Source: Acutalibacteraceae bacterium (GTDB lineage: Bacteria > Bacillota > Clostridia > Oscillospirales > Acutalibacteraceae). From it: DNA of 56,915 nt. The notes beneath the pieces were generated by a model that saw nothing but the letters and a program-made list of their open reading frames with translations, was not told where the DNA came from and ran no database searches. The translations under genes and the position numbers were made by a program. This document shows positions 25,675 through 34,705 of this stretch, piece by piece; positions within the stretch are counted from its first letter, which is position 1, and every line of letters begins with the position of its first letter. The stretch covers positions 1-56,915 of the forward strand of contig JAZNBP010000120.1 of assembly GCA_045587085.1 (NCBI GenBank), written 5' to 3'.

Positions 25675-26292
25675 TTAGACTTCCTTATCATCTACGTACA
25701 CCTTACCTTCGACCTTAAAGTTAATGCCTTCAAGTGGAAGCCAATTCATACGTATACATTCATCATAATACAATTTGAATCGTACGTCAAATGCAATCTG
25801 ACTGTTCTTACCAAAGTAATTTATTTTTCTTGGAACGATTGGCATTGTGTACTCAAGCTTCTCAGCATTGCAGACACCTGCAAAAATCTTATGAACATCG
25901 TTACGTTTAATCAGGTGTCTAAGTGTCTTAGCCCATTTACTTGCGTCTTTTCCGATAAATCTCAGTAAAATCAAAGCTACACATTTCTGTCTGTTAACTG
26001 CATTGCCTGAGTCATCTGTTGTGTAGTCATCCTGAGTTAAGCTTCTATCTTCAGAAATCCAATACTCAATAAATGTGTCCTTATTGAGTTCTTCTTCCTT
26101 AAAAAGAGGATTCTCAAAATTACCCTGCATTGGCACAATGTATTTATATTTTGGCGAATTAAAATCCTGACTCAAAGCTCCTATGATTTCTTTCTTATCA
26201 TTGTATACAGGGTCAATACCAAAGAAAATAAGATATAAAGCCTTTCTGAGATTATCAAAATCTACACCACTAAACCCGATTGTGTCCGCCAT
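25675..26292 (-). CDS. Head-tail connector / tail completion protein
   Basis: Position between capsid and sheath genes; GGAGG SD. Confidence 0.35.
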   Translation of the reverse strand: MADTIGFSGVDFDNLRKALYLIFFGIDPVYNDKKEIIGALSQDFNSPKYKYIVPMQGNFENPLFKEEELNKDTFIEYWISEDRSLTQDDYTTDDSGNAVNRQKCVALILLRFIGKDASKWAKTLRHLIKRNDVHKIFAGVCNAEKLEYTMPIVPRKINYFGKNSQIAFDVRFKLYYDECIRMNWLPLEGINFKVEGKVYVDDKEV

Positions 26293-27113
26293 TTTCCATT
26301 TCCTCCTATCTTCACGAAGAGCTGTATATGTTTTATCAAGTCTCCCATAGCATAAAACAAAGGAGCTCTGTCGTAACCAACTCTGATACGTTCTTTCTCT
26401 GTTTCAGGAGACATCACGTGCTTCAAAGGGATTTCACCGTTCTCTAATGCTTTAATTATATCTTCTCTTATAATTTCAGCAAGATAGTTTCCTTTCTTTT
26501 CTTCCCATTCTCGCTTATACTCTTCCCATTCCTTAAGCTTCTCTGTCATTCCTCTGTTAACTTTACGTCGTCTGTCTATCTTTCCTGATTTTGTTAAAAC
26601 TGCTCCTTCTGTAATATCCTCGGCATAAAATAAAAGCTCATCCTTAAGATTATTAAGCTCAACATCTACCTCTTCTTTTACCCAAGAATCTTGATATGTA
26701 GTGTTGAAATACTCATCTACAAAGAACTCTCCGTTATTAAATCTCTCACACAAAATCAGATAGAGACGTCTGTATGTAACATTAGCTCCACCATAAGTCT
26801 TACCTAACGGTGATATGTTGTTGTGTGTTGTAGAAGGGAACTTATAAGTTATCTGCCAATCAAAGTCTTCCGAAATGTCAGGAATGAGCTTTGCAGGCTT
26901 CTGTGTCCACTCTCCTTTTTCGTAACGTGGATTTCCAAACTTGTCATAACTGCTTGGTTTACTGTCTCTTTTATAAAACTTGGCTATATCATAACGCTCA
27001 GGCAGACGCATACGATAGGTGTTAATCCCTGTTTCGTGAGCGTCCGCTGAATCAAAATCATATACTTCTTCATTTATGAGTTCTGCGTTACTTGAATAGT
27101 CAAGTCTAGTCAT
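26262..27113 (-). CDS. Head-tail connector module protein
   Basis: ATGACTAG overlap with the upstream gene (translational coupling). Confidence 0.35.
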   Translation of the reverse strand: MTRLDYSSNAELINEEVYDFDSADAHETGINTYRMRLPERYDIAKFYKRDSKPSSYDKFGNPRYEKGEWTQKPAKLIPDISEDFDWQITYKFPSTTHNNISPLGKTYGGANVTYRRLYLILCERFNNGEFFVDEYFNTTYQDSWVKEEVDVELNNLKDELLFYAEDITEGAVLTKSGKIDRRRKVNRGMTEKLKEWEEYKREWEEKKGNYLAEIIREDIIKALENGEIPLKHVMSPETEKERIRVGYDRAPLFYAMGDLIKHIQLFVKIGGNGKWRTQSGLVV

Positions 27114-27498
27114 AATTGTTTTGTCCTAAGTTTACATCTGTAAACGGTGTTTGTACATCTGAATTACCAACGAATGTTTCAAGGCTATAGCAATAGAATC
27201 CGCCCTCAAACTTCCAAGGGTAATCGCTTGTAATCCTGTACAGCTCTTCATCCATTTCTATGAAGTTGCCAACTTTAAGCTTTGTTCTCGTCCAAATAGT
27301 AGGAACATTTACATCCGCTTCTGTGTCGTTTTCACGAATAAGGTCTCCCTTCTTCACATACTGAAATACGCCTTTTATTTTACCTAACGGCTTTCTTTGT
27401 GAGTACGAAGCAACAGATTGAGCTTCCATAGAAAAGTAATCAAACATTCGAAACTGTTCAGAGAAGAAAGCTAATTGGTCTCCGTAAACGCCACTCAT
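27106..27498 (-). CDS. Head-tail connector module protein
   Basis: GAGGGA SD; position. Confidence 0.35.
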   Translation of the reverse strand: MSGVYGDQLAFFSEQFRMFDYFSMEAQSVASYSQRKPLGKIKGVFQYVKKGDLIRENDTEADVNVPTIWTRTKLKVGNFIEMDEELYRITSDYPWKFEGGFYCYSLETFVGNSDVQTPFTDVNLGQNNYD

Positions 27499-27794
27499 TA
27501 GAATCCCTCGTCTGCAATCTCTTCAGGAGAAGGAATGTCATCTACTACAGTTGGAAGCGTCTTTTCTTTTCTTTCCTTCTTCTCTTTCTTTCCTTTGTCT
27601 TCGTGCTTAGGCTCTTCCTTCTTCTCAAGGACTTTACCGTTCTGAAAATAAACTCTCTCTTTGAAAGAGTAAGCCTTTCCTTCAGCTACAAGCTTTTCAA
27701 TTGTAGGTGCTAAGACCTCATTTGCTTCATAACAAACACAAGGTACAAAAACCTTGTTAGCAATTTTAACAGGTGTCTTTACGCTAAAAAACAT
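27498..27794 (-). CDS. Small structural-module protein with K/E-rich C-terminus
   Basis: AGGAGG SD; KKEEPKHEDKGKKEKKERKEK tail. Confidence 0.4.
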   Translation of the reverse strand: MFFSVKTPVKIANKVFVPCVCYEANEVLAPTIEKLVAEGKAYSFKERVYFQNGKVLEKKEEPKHEDKGKKEKKERKEKTLPTVVDDIPSPEEIADEGF

Positions 27795-27803
27795 TTCGTC
27801 CTC

Positions 27804-28274
27804 CTAGAATCCGTGACTTATATATAGATTTAATCTACCTGATGTCTTAATCATTAAGTAAGCTTTCGCTCCGAAAACATTACTTTTGAGAGCCTGAAGC
27901 AAGTCAGCATTGTTTACAGCTCCTGCTTTCTTTGAAGCTTCTCCAAACATAATTTTTGTACCGCCAATCTGCTTAGATTTAAGTGGTATTCCTCCCGTAG
28001 ACATTACACCAAGAGTAACGTCAGGGAAGAGGTCAGCTATGTACCAAGCTACTAAAAGCCCGTAGCACAGCTGAGTCTTCAATACATACTCTTCTCTGCT
28101 GAGGTGAGACCAAAGTTCTCCTACTCCTGCAAAGAGAGTATATGTATCAGCTATGCAAGTGTCGAGGACAGTATTTTTACCTTCGCTGAGCAAATCAGGA
28201 AAGTTCTGTCCGTAGCGAGTACGAAACCACTCTCTTGTGATTGGCTCAGGTTTTCCACTTGTCGTTACTTCCAT
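27804..28274 (-). CDS. Head-tail adaptor candidate
   Basis: Position after the capsid gene cluster. Confidence 0.3.
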   Translation of the reverse strand: MEVTTSGKPEPITREWFRTRYGQNFPDLLSEGKNTVLDTCIADTYTLFAGVGELWSHLSREEYVLKTQLCYGLLVAWYIADLFPDVTLGVMSTGGIPLKSKQIGGTKIMFGEASKKAGAVNNADLLQALKSNVFGAKAYLMIKTSGRLNLYISHGF

Positions 28275-28276
28275 AA

Positions 28277-28735
28277 TTAGAATCCTTCGTCTTCGTCAGC
28301 AGGTTTTGTTGCTTCACCCTTATCCTTTGTTAAGAGGGCTTCAAGCTGAGCTTTAAGGCTAGCATTTTCATCTGCAAGGTCTTTCATAGCCTTTGCGTCA
28401 GGATTTTCCTGTGCTTTTTCAAGCTCCTTGATTTTCTTCTTAAGCTCTTTATTTTCTTTGATTACTTCTTTTGCCTGTGGGTCAGGCTCACCTCTCGCTT
28501 CTGATTCATCAATAAGAGCAAGACCAAAGTCTTCGTCCTTGAAGTCTCTCATAAAAGCTTTGTTCTTCTTAAGAAGTTCATAATCTTCATCCTCTACAGC
28601 TGTAATACCTGTCATAGCTACGTTTCCTGTATCACGGAAAAGTCTGCGACGTTCAAGGATGATATTAAGTTTCTGACCGCCCTTCTCAATCTCATACGCA
28701 CGTGCGTATCTGCCTGTGTTAGAAATGTATTTCAT
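28277..28735 (-). CDS. Structural-module protein with coiled-coil acidic C-terminus
   Basis: AGGAGG SD; own promoter upstream. Confidence 0.4.
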   Translation of the reverse strand: MKYISNTGRYARAYEIEKGGQKLNIILERRRLFRDTGNVAMTGITAVEDEDYELLKKNKAFMRDFKDEDFGLALIDESEARGEPDPQAKEVIKENKELKKKIKELEKAQENPDAKAMKDLADENASLKAQLEALLTKDKGEATKPADEDEGF

Positions 28736-28764
28736 ATTTTCCTCCTATGATAATACTTGTTTTA

Positions 28765-28793
28765 ATTATAAAACCTAATAATAGTATCGTCAA
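28765..28793 (-). promoter_or_regulatory. Sigma70-type promoter downstream of the capsid gene
   Basis: Minus strand TTGACG (28793-28788) N17 TATAAT (28770-28765). Confidence 0.6.
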
Positions 28794-28797
28794 GTTC

Positions 28798-28829
28798 ATA
28801 AAATAAAAGCCCTAGATTTCTCTAGGGCT
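28798..28829 (-). terminator. Rho-independent terminator after the major capsid gene
   Basis: Minus strand AGCCCTAGA gaaa TCTAGGGCT, then TTTTATTTTAT. Confidence 0.7.
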
Positions 28830-28848
28830 CTTGTATCAGGTGGTCTTA

Positions 28849-30312
28849 CTATGCTGAAGCATATCCGAAGCCTGCGAGTACCTTTACAGTACCCTCAATT
28901 GGAGCAATTACGCCACCAATACGTTTGTACATTGTGTAGAGCATACCCTGTCTCTGCCACATAGCAGGAACGACATAGCTCTTGAGAAGTTCAGGGTGGA
29001 TGATAAGTGAATCCTGTTCTCCCATAGCGTCCTTGATAGAAGGTACTGTGATGATAAAGTAATCATAGTGGTTAGGGTTGAATGGATTCTGTTCACCACC
29101 TGAGATTGAAGGGTTAAGCATTGTATCAGATACAATTGTATATTTAACCGAAATCAATCCACCGTCAAGTTCGTTAGTTACGTTAAAGTTGTCCTGAATA
29201 ATCTTAAGCGGTGACTTAGGATTATATACGTCAGAGTATACAGTCTGTGTCAAAGCTTGGAATACGTACTCAGAACAGTTAATCTTAACTTCACGAGCCA
29301 TATAGTGATTCTCACGGAGGAAGTTACCAATTTCAGTCTGCATAGCACGAACGATGTCACTACCACGAGTTGTTGAGGTAGTAGATGTAAAGAGGTCATA
29401 GATTGGTGTGCCTGCGTACTGTACTACAGCTCCTACATCTGTAAGACCGTCGATACCTGCTTCGTCTGAACCAAAGTAAAGTATAGCGTCCTGCATACGG
29501 TCAAGAACCATATAAGCATACTTTTCACGGTCAGCCTTAATCTGTCCTGTGATAAAGTTACCTGACTGCTTAGCCTTAATATCTTCCATTGTGTCAGATT
29601 CGTAATCAACCGAAATATTGAATACTTCGTCTACAATCTGTGAAGCTTCGTTAGATACAGGGTTAGAGTTGTTCTGCTTGAAGTTGCCACGAGCAACATT
29701 AGACAGCTTACCATAACCTTCAAAGCTTTCTTTGAACAGTCCTACAACGTCAGCCCAAGGGTTGTTGAAAGATTCAACGCTTACCAAGTTCTTAGCGTGT
29801 GAAGAAGCGAAAGGCTGTTTAACAATCTTTGTCAACCAACCAACGTTCCACATCTGAACAGATGTCTGTTCAAGCAGAGAGTCAGTTACACCAAAAGCTT
29901 TAGCTTCTTTTTCAGGAGCACGAGCAGAGATAACGTACTGTCTTGTTGCTGTATCAAAACCCATTACAGGAATAAGAGAATCCTGTACTTTCTTGTGAGC
30001 TTCAGCTTCTGTCATTCCTGACTTGATAGCTGAATCCATAGCCTTGTCGATGTACTTTTTAGTACCTGCTGAAGGCTCTTCATAACGAATTGCCTGCGTT
30101 GGCTGTACACCGATTGGAAGGGCTTCCTTCATACACTTAGAGTCAGATACGGCAATACCGAGACCTGCTCCTCTTACGTCGGCTGAAAGATGTCCTTTTT
30201 CAATGTGAATATCATTGATATGCTGTGCAATTGTAGGATAACGCTGTAAGATGTCGTTTTCCATTGCTGTTTTAAGCTTTGTATAGCTTACTTCTTTCTT
30301 TGAACCTAACAT
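28849..30312 (-). CDS. Major capsid protein
   Basis: 487 aa; position after portal/scaffold genes; strong AAGGAG SD; dedicated terminator. Confidence 0.55.
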   Translation of the reverse strand: MLGSKKEVSYTKLKTAMENDILQRYPTIAQHINDIHIEKGHLSADVRGAGLGIAVSDSKCMKEALPIGVQPTQAIRYEEPSAGTKKYIDKAMDSAIKSGMTEAEAHKKVQDSLIPVMGFDTATRQYVISARAPEKEAKAFGVTDSLLEQTSVQMWNVGWLTKIVKQPFASSHAKNLVSVESFNNPWADVVGLFKESFEGYGKLSNVARGNFKQNNSNPVSNEASQIVDEVFNISVDYESDTMEDIKAKQSGNFITGQIKADREKYAYMVLDRMQDAILYFGSDEAGIDGLTDVGAVVQYAGTPIYDLFTSTTSTTRGSDIVRAMQTEIGNFLRENHYMAREVKINCSEYVFQALTQTVYSDVYNPKSPLKIIQDNFNVTNELDGGLISVKYTIVSDTMLNPSISGGEQNPFNPNHYDYFIITVPSIKDAMGEQDSLIIHPELLKSYVVPAMWQRQGMLYTMYKRIGGVIAPIEGTVKVLAGFGYASA

Positions 30313-30322
30313 TCTTGTCTCC

Positions 30323-30925
30323 TTATGCCAAATAGATTGAAGGTGATATGTAAACAGTTACTGATTTGTCGTCAGGGTTGATTGTTACAATCTTTCCTAC
30401 TACAACATCGTCATTGTCTACCAAATCTGAAGCTGTTGGAGCAAAGTAAACAGCACCGTTGCTTGCAGATACAACCATTACGTAGCCGAGAGTTGCGTTC
30501 TCAAGTACGTTTACCTTAGCTGAAGGAAGAGCAGAAGGTGAGCTTGCAACTACATAAGCGTGTTTATACTCTACGTAGCCTTCCTTAACGAGCATACCCT
30601 TCTGAAAGCTTGCAACTTCGTTGTTGATTGCAGGGTATCCTGACGCAATTGCAGGCTCACGAGCAACGATACCTGCGAACATAGGCACAGCATTGGAAAC
30701 TGTTGGAGCTCCTGCATATACCTTGTTGTTTTTCTGATGAGCGTCGTAGAACACTCCGTCGCCAAATAAGACCTTACCTGCACTCTGTCCGTCAGGAGAA
30801 AGGAGTGCTGAGTAACCGATTGTGAACGAGTTCTCGTGGATTTTCTTCAAAATACCGTTGTCGGTAAATGTTCCTTTCCAAATAGCCCCGTTGTGCATTG
30901 ACAGATTTTTACCATTCTGTTCCAT
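30323..30925 (-). CDS. Head decoration / auxiliary capsid protein candidate
   Basis: Position between the scaffold-like and capsid genes. Confidence 0.3.
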   Translation of the reverse strand: MEQNGKNLSMHNGAIWKGTFTDNGILKKIHENSFTIGYSALLSPDGQSAGKVLFGDGVFYDAHQKNNKVYAGAPTVSNAVPMFAGIVAREPAIASGYPAINNEVASFQKGMLVKEGYVEYKHAYVVASSPSALPSAKVNVLENATLGYVMVVSASNGAVYFAPTASDLVDNDDVVVGKIVTINPDDKSVTVYISPSIYLA

Positions 30926-30934
30926 ATTTTTCTC

Positions 30935-32239
30935 CTATCTTTCAAGGAAGCTCAGGTAATCACGTCCTGAAGCACTTCCCATAGAATCCAATTCAGAACC
31001 TTCAACTGAAGGTTTAGCTTCTTTAAGTCCAAGACACTCTTTTACAGCGTCCTGAATGAAAGGCTTAAGCTCATCTTTGAGAGAGTCCTTGATTGCTTTG
31101 ACGATTTCATCTTTTGCTACAAAAGCTGAATCCTTATTACAACCGTCTTTGTCCTCTTCGTCTTTAGAATCCTTGTTTTCTTCGTCCTCAGAGTCCTTAT
31201 TTTCGTCCTCTTCGTCTTTAGAATCCTTGTTTTCTTCCTCAGAGTCCTTGTTAGTATCCTTGTCCTCTTCGTCAGCAGAATCTTTGTTTGCAACTTCGTC
31301 GCCTTTGTCTTCAGGTTTCTTTCCGAGCTTAGCAAAAGCTCTTGAGATTTCACTCAGACTATCTCCACGAATCTCAACCCACATAGAGTCAAGAGTAGTT
31401 GTGAGTTCTGCTTCCTCAGCAACAGCCATATCTTTGTTGCTAAAACAATCTTTAACAACATCCATAAGCTTGTCTTTGGCTTCACAATCCTTAAGGATTT
31501 TCATAGAATCCAAGACTCCTTTCATTTCCTTTGCGAGTTCTTCTTCGGTTGTTCCCTTACTGTTCTTGACAGCTTCGAGTACAGCTTTACCGAATGAAAA
31601 GTTTGAGTCATTGACTGCCTGCTTTCTACTCGCAAGGTAAGCAAAAATGCCTGTAAGCATAGGTTTTATACCCCCTTTCATAATACTATCAATTACAGCA
31701 ACCTCAGAACCACCTCTACCTGCTCTTGTGATTGCCAAATGATTCACTTCTGTAATTTCATCTAAGATAATATCATATCCTACATCTTCAGGATTGTCTA
31801 CAAAATGCTTTCTGCAAGTGTAGCCAACTGATACTTCCTTATTGCTGAGATAATAATTATATAGCTCATCTGTATAGAATGTAATGTTTGATTTAAGACC
31901 AATCTCACCTTCAGCTTCACCTTCCAAAGCAACTACTTCAATTTCTTTATCCAAAGTTCCGCCTGCGAGCTCTTTGAAGTTTTGTGGTGTTACCCAAACG
32001 TCAGGATGTTCTTCTGTTACAGGAAGAGACTTAAACTTGTCTTTAGCTTTTACAATGACGTTTGCAGGACGATATTCTCTGTACCATTCTTTTTCTACAG
32101 GAGGTTTATTATCCTCTGTAATAAAGCTTTCAAGCTCTGACTTGTGATAGAGCTGAATACCTGAACGACAGAGAATTACATCCTTTTGTGTGATAAATGG
32201 AGAAGCGTCCGAATCTTTTACATTAATTGTCTTAGCCAT
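30935..32239 (-). CDS. Scaffolding/prohead-protease-like protein (DUF2213-like) with acidic low-complexity tail
   Basis: Start refined to MAKTINV (ATG 32239); VNHLAITRAGRGGSEVAVIDS resembles the DUF2213 H.A.v..GRaG motif; KDSEEENKDSKDEEDENKDSEDEENKD repeats. Confidence 0.4.
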   Translation of the reverse strand: MAKTINVKDSDASPFITQKDVILCRSGIQLYHKSELESFITEDNKPPVEKEWYREYRPANVIVKAKDKFKSLPVTEEHPDVWVTPQNFKELAGGTLDKEIEVVALEGEAEGEIGLKSNITFYTDELYNYYLSNKEVSVGYTCRKHFVDNPEDVGYDIILDEITEVNHLAITRAGRGGSEVAVIDSIMKGGIKPMLTGIFAYLASRKQAVNDSNFSFGKAVLEAVKNSKGTTEEELAKEMKGVLDSMKILKDCEAKDKLMDVVKDCFSNKDMAVAEEAELTTTLDSMWVEIRGDSLSEISRAFAKLGKKPEDKGDEVANKDSADEEDKDTNKDSEEENKDSKDEEDENKDSEDEENKDSKDEEDKDGCNKDSAFVAKDEIVKAIKDSLKDELKPFIQDAVKECLGLKEAKPSVEGSELDSMGSASGRDYLSFLER

Positions 32240-32240
32240 T

Positions 32241-32681
32241 TTAGAATGTAATATCTCCTGCTGAGTATCGTGCGTACGCAACATCGCTGATAGTTACGCC
32301 TGTAGCTTCTGCATAAGTAGCGTCTACCTTGCTCAAGCCTGTAGCTGACGGAACATAAGCCTTTACTGCTCCTTCTGATGAAGGTACTGCTGTAAGATAT
32401 ACAGCTTTCTCTGCTGAACCAAAGGCTACAAGACCTTTAATGACACCTGTTACTGTTACAGTGACTTTCTCCATACCGTCTTTACCTTCGGCAGGAGTAA
32501 CTTCTACAGGCTGTGTGTACTCGCCTGCGTTTATTGTAACTGCGTGATTTTCTTCAAGGTCAGTCTCACCTCCTGAAGTAGCCTGTTTGAAAGTTTTACC
32601 TTTCAGGTCTTCAGGACAATCATAGCCTGTAGCTTTCAGAAGGTCTGAAAGTAACATACTGTTAGGAATTGTTGCACTCAT
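32241..32681 (-). CDS. Hypothetical head-module protein
   Basis: AGGAGG SD, own promoter. Confidence 0.45.
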   Translation of the reverse strand: MSATIPNSMLLSDLLKATGYDCPEDLKGKTFKQATSGGETDLEENHAVTINAGEYTQPVEVTPAEGKDGMEKVTVTVTGVIKGLVAFGSAEKAVYLTAVPSSEGAVKAYVPSATGLSKVDATYAEATGVTISDVAYARYSAGDITF

Positions 32682-32701
32682 TGTGTCCTCCTATATTTAT
32701 T

Positions 32702-32730
32702 ATAATAATACCTATTTAGTTACTTGTCAA
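32702..32730 (-). promoter_or_regulatory. Sigma70-type promoter
   Basis: Minus strand TTGACA (32730-32725) N17 TATTAT (32707-32702). Confidence 0.55.
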
Positions 32731-32742
32731 TTTAGATTAGTA

Positions 32743-34701
32743 CTAAACACTCTTATTCTTATGCTTTGTAAGCTTCTCTGCTCGTTTAGCAGTACCACGA
32801 GTCTTCTCGTGCTGTTTCTGTTCAAGCCTTGAGTATCCGCTCTCTTTCTTATCACTCAGAGCTCTCTCACGAGCTTCTTCAGCAGGAGACCTGCCTTTAG
32901 TTGCTTTGTTTTCCTTGCTTGCAGGCTTCTTCTGTCCGCCTCTTCCGCCTGTAGCTACAGCTGTCTTCTGCATAGCTACGGATTCTTCTGTAGCCTGTGT
33001 CTGAGCCTGTGTCTGCTCAATGTTTGCTTTTGTCTGTTCGTTCTCAAGGTTAGTCTGTTTTTCAGTACGAGCGTCTACCTTATCCTGAATCTTCTTAAGC
33101 TTTTCAAGAATATCAGCAGATGTACGCATATCAACAGATACATTCTTATCAGCCATTTCAACTGCAATGTCTACAGGTACTTGAGAAGAAACAAGGTTGA
33201 AGATATTCTCTGAATGGAACTTACCAATCTGAGCTCTTTCCAAAGCATTAGCAATAACAGGTTGGTCAAAATGAATCTGTGTATAAGGAAGAGCTTCAAT
33301 AATCTCTTTATCTGCTCCAAGAGCGTCGATTATCATAATCTTTGCAAGCTGTTTGAACTGTGGCTCAATATCTTTATGAATCATCTGAATAGATTCATTC
33401 TGCTTAAAGAGGTTACCCTGTGTATCATCACCCGAAGCAAAGTTACCTTTCTCTGAAGAGAAGAGTAATGGCTCAGGAAGAACAGCGTCAGAAGCGAAAT
33501 CCTGTCTAAGCAGACGCATAAGTTCAGGAACTTGAGCAAAGTTTCTGTTAATACTCTTGATGTCTCCAAGCACGTCCATTGTGATAGGGTTATCAGGAGA
33601 AGCTTCACGTGTACGAATAGTAGCGTCATCTACTAATCCGTCCAAAGCATTAGCTCCCTCTGTAGCCAATACTCCGTCTATGTTAACTGTACGTGCAAGT
33701 ATAGACATCTGCTGTATCATAAGAGGTAAGCTCTGAATAGCTACCTTATAATTCATACCTGACTGAAGGTATCCGCATAAGTCTGAGATACCCCAACCCT
33801 GATTCAGTACCTGTCCCCAATACCCTGCCTGCTTTGCAGGTACTACACGTGCCGTACGTCCGTGATATACGTCAGCTCCTAAGAATGGAACTGTATATAC
33901 GTCAGGACGTAAAAAGTCTTTCTGTGTAGGGTTATATGGAGGTATGATAAATGTATTCCAACGGTCAAGCTGTACAAAATAATCTATACAGTCCTTTCCA
34001 AGTACGCCTGTTTTAAGCAAAGCTTCAAGGTTAAGTCTCAATGTAAGAGGATTATCTTTCTTGAACATCGGGAAGGTAAGTTCGCCACCGTATACCAATG
34101 CTGTTAAAGTAGACTCAGCAAGAATACTCTTAAAGTTATGTCGGCACTCGGCACGCTCGTTCACCTTATCCATTTGCTCCTGCTTTAAATGCTTATTCTC
34201 GATAACACAACCATTAAGCAGAATTGATTTTGATTTCTTGTTGATTACTGTCTCAAAAATACCTTTCTGAGAATAGATAGCGTTTGCTTCCCAAGGAGAG
34301 ATATAAACGTTAGGTAAGGCTAGATTAGCTCTCGCAGGGTCAGCGAGCGTATTGTTGTTCCACCTTCCATTAATTATGGAATCCCTCATCGCTGTCTGAT
34401 GAAGCTCCTCAGCCTTTACACCTTTCTTGGTAAGTATACAGTCCATAACAGCTCCAATATTTTCTTTGGCTCTGTTCGAAACAGTTTTCAAAGAATCAAG
34501 CTGTATGCTACATTTTGTTGCGTACGCAACAGTATCTTCGTGAATCGACTTTTCTACAAGCTCCTGAGCTTCACTAAGAGCTGACAAGTTCATTCCTTTG
34601 AACTTACTAGAATCTGTAACAGCAATCTTACCATTAGCATAATGTTTAACGGACATTCCTGAACTGTTAAGAATCTTTCTTAATTCTTTAAAATCTGTCA
34701 C
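32743..34701 (-). CDS. Portal protein (GTG start)
   Basis: 652 aa directly downstream of the large terminase; AAGGAG 8 nt before GTG 34701. Confidence 0.55.
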   Translation of the reverse strand: MTDFKELRKILNSSGMSVKHYANGKIAVTDSSKFKGMNLSALSEAQELVEKSIHEDTVAYATKCSIQLDSLKTVSNRAKENIGAVMDCILTKKGVKAEELHQTAMRDSIINGRWNNNTLADPARANLALPNVYISPWEANAIYSQKGIFETVINKKSKSILLNGCVIENKHLKQEQMDKVNERAECRHNFKSILAESTLTALVYGGELTFPMFKKDNPLTLRLNLEALLKTGVLGKDCIDYFVQLDRWNTFIIPPYNPTQKDFLRPDVYTVPFLGADVYHGRTARVVPAKQAGYWGQVLNQGWGISDLCGYLQSGMNYKVAIQSLPLMIQQMSILARTVNIDGVLATEGANALDGLVDDATIRTREASPDNPITMDVLGDIKSINRNFAQVPELMRLLRQDFASDAVLPEPLLFSSEKGNFASGDDTQGNLFKQNESIQMIHKDIEPQFKQLAKIMIIDALGADKEIIEALPYTQIHFDQPVIANALERAQIGKFHSENIFNLVSSQVPVDIAVEMADKNVSVDMRTSADILEKLKKIQDKVDARTEKQTNLENEQTKANIEQTQAQTQATEESVAMQKTAVATGGRGGQKKPASKENKATKGRSPAEEARERALSDKKESGYSRLEQKQHEKTRGTAKRAEKLTKHKNKSV

Positions 34702-34705
34702 TTTT

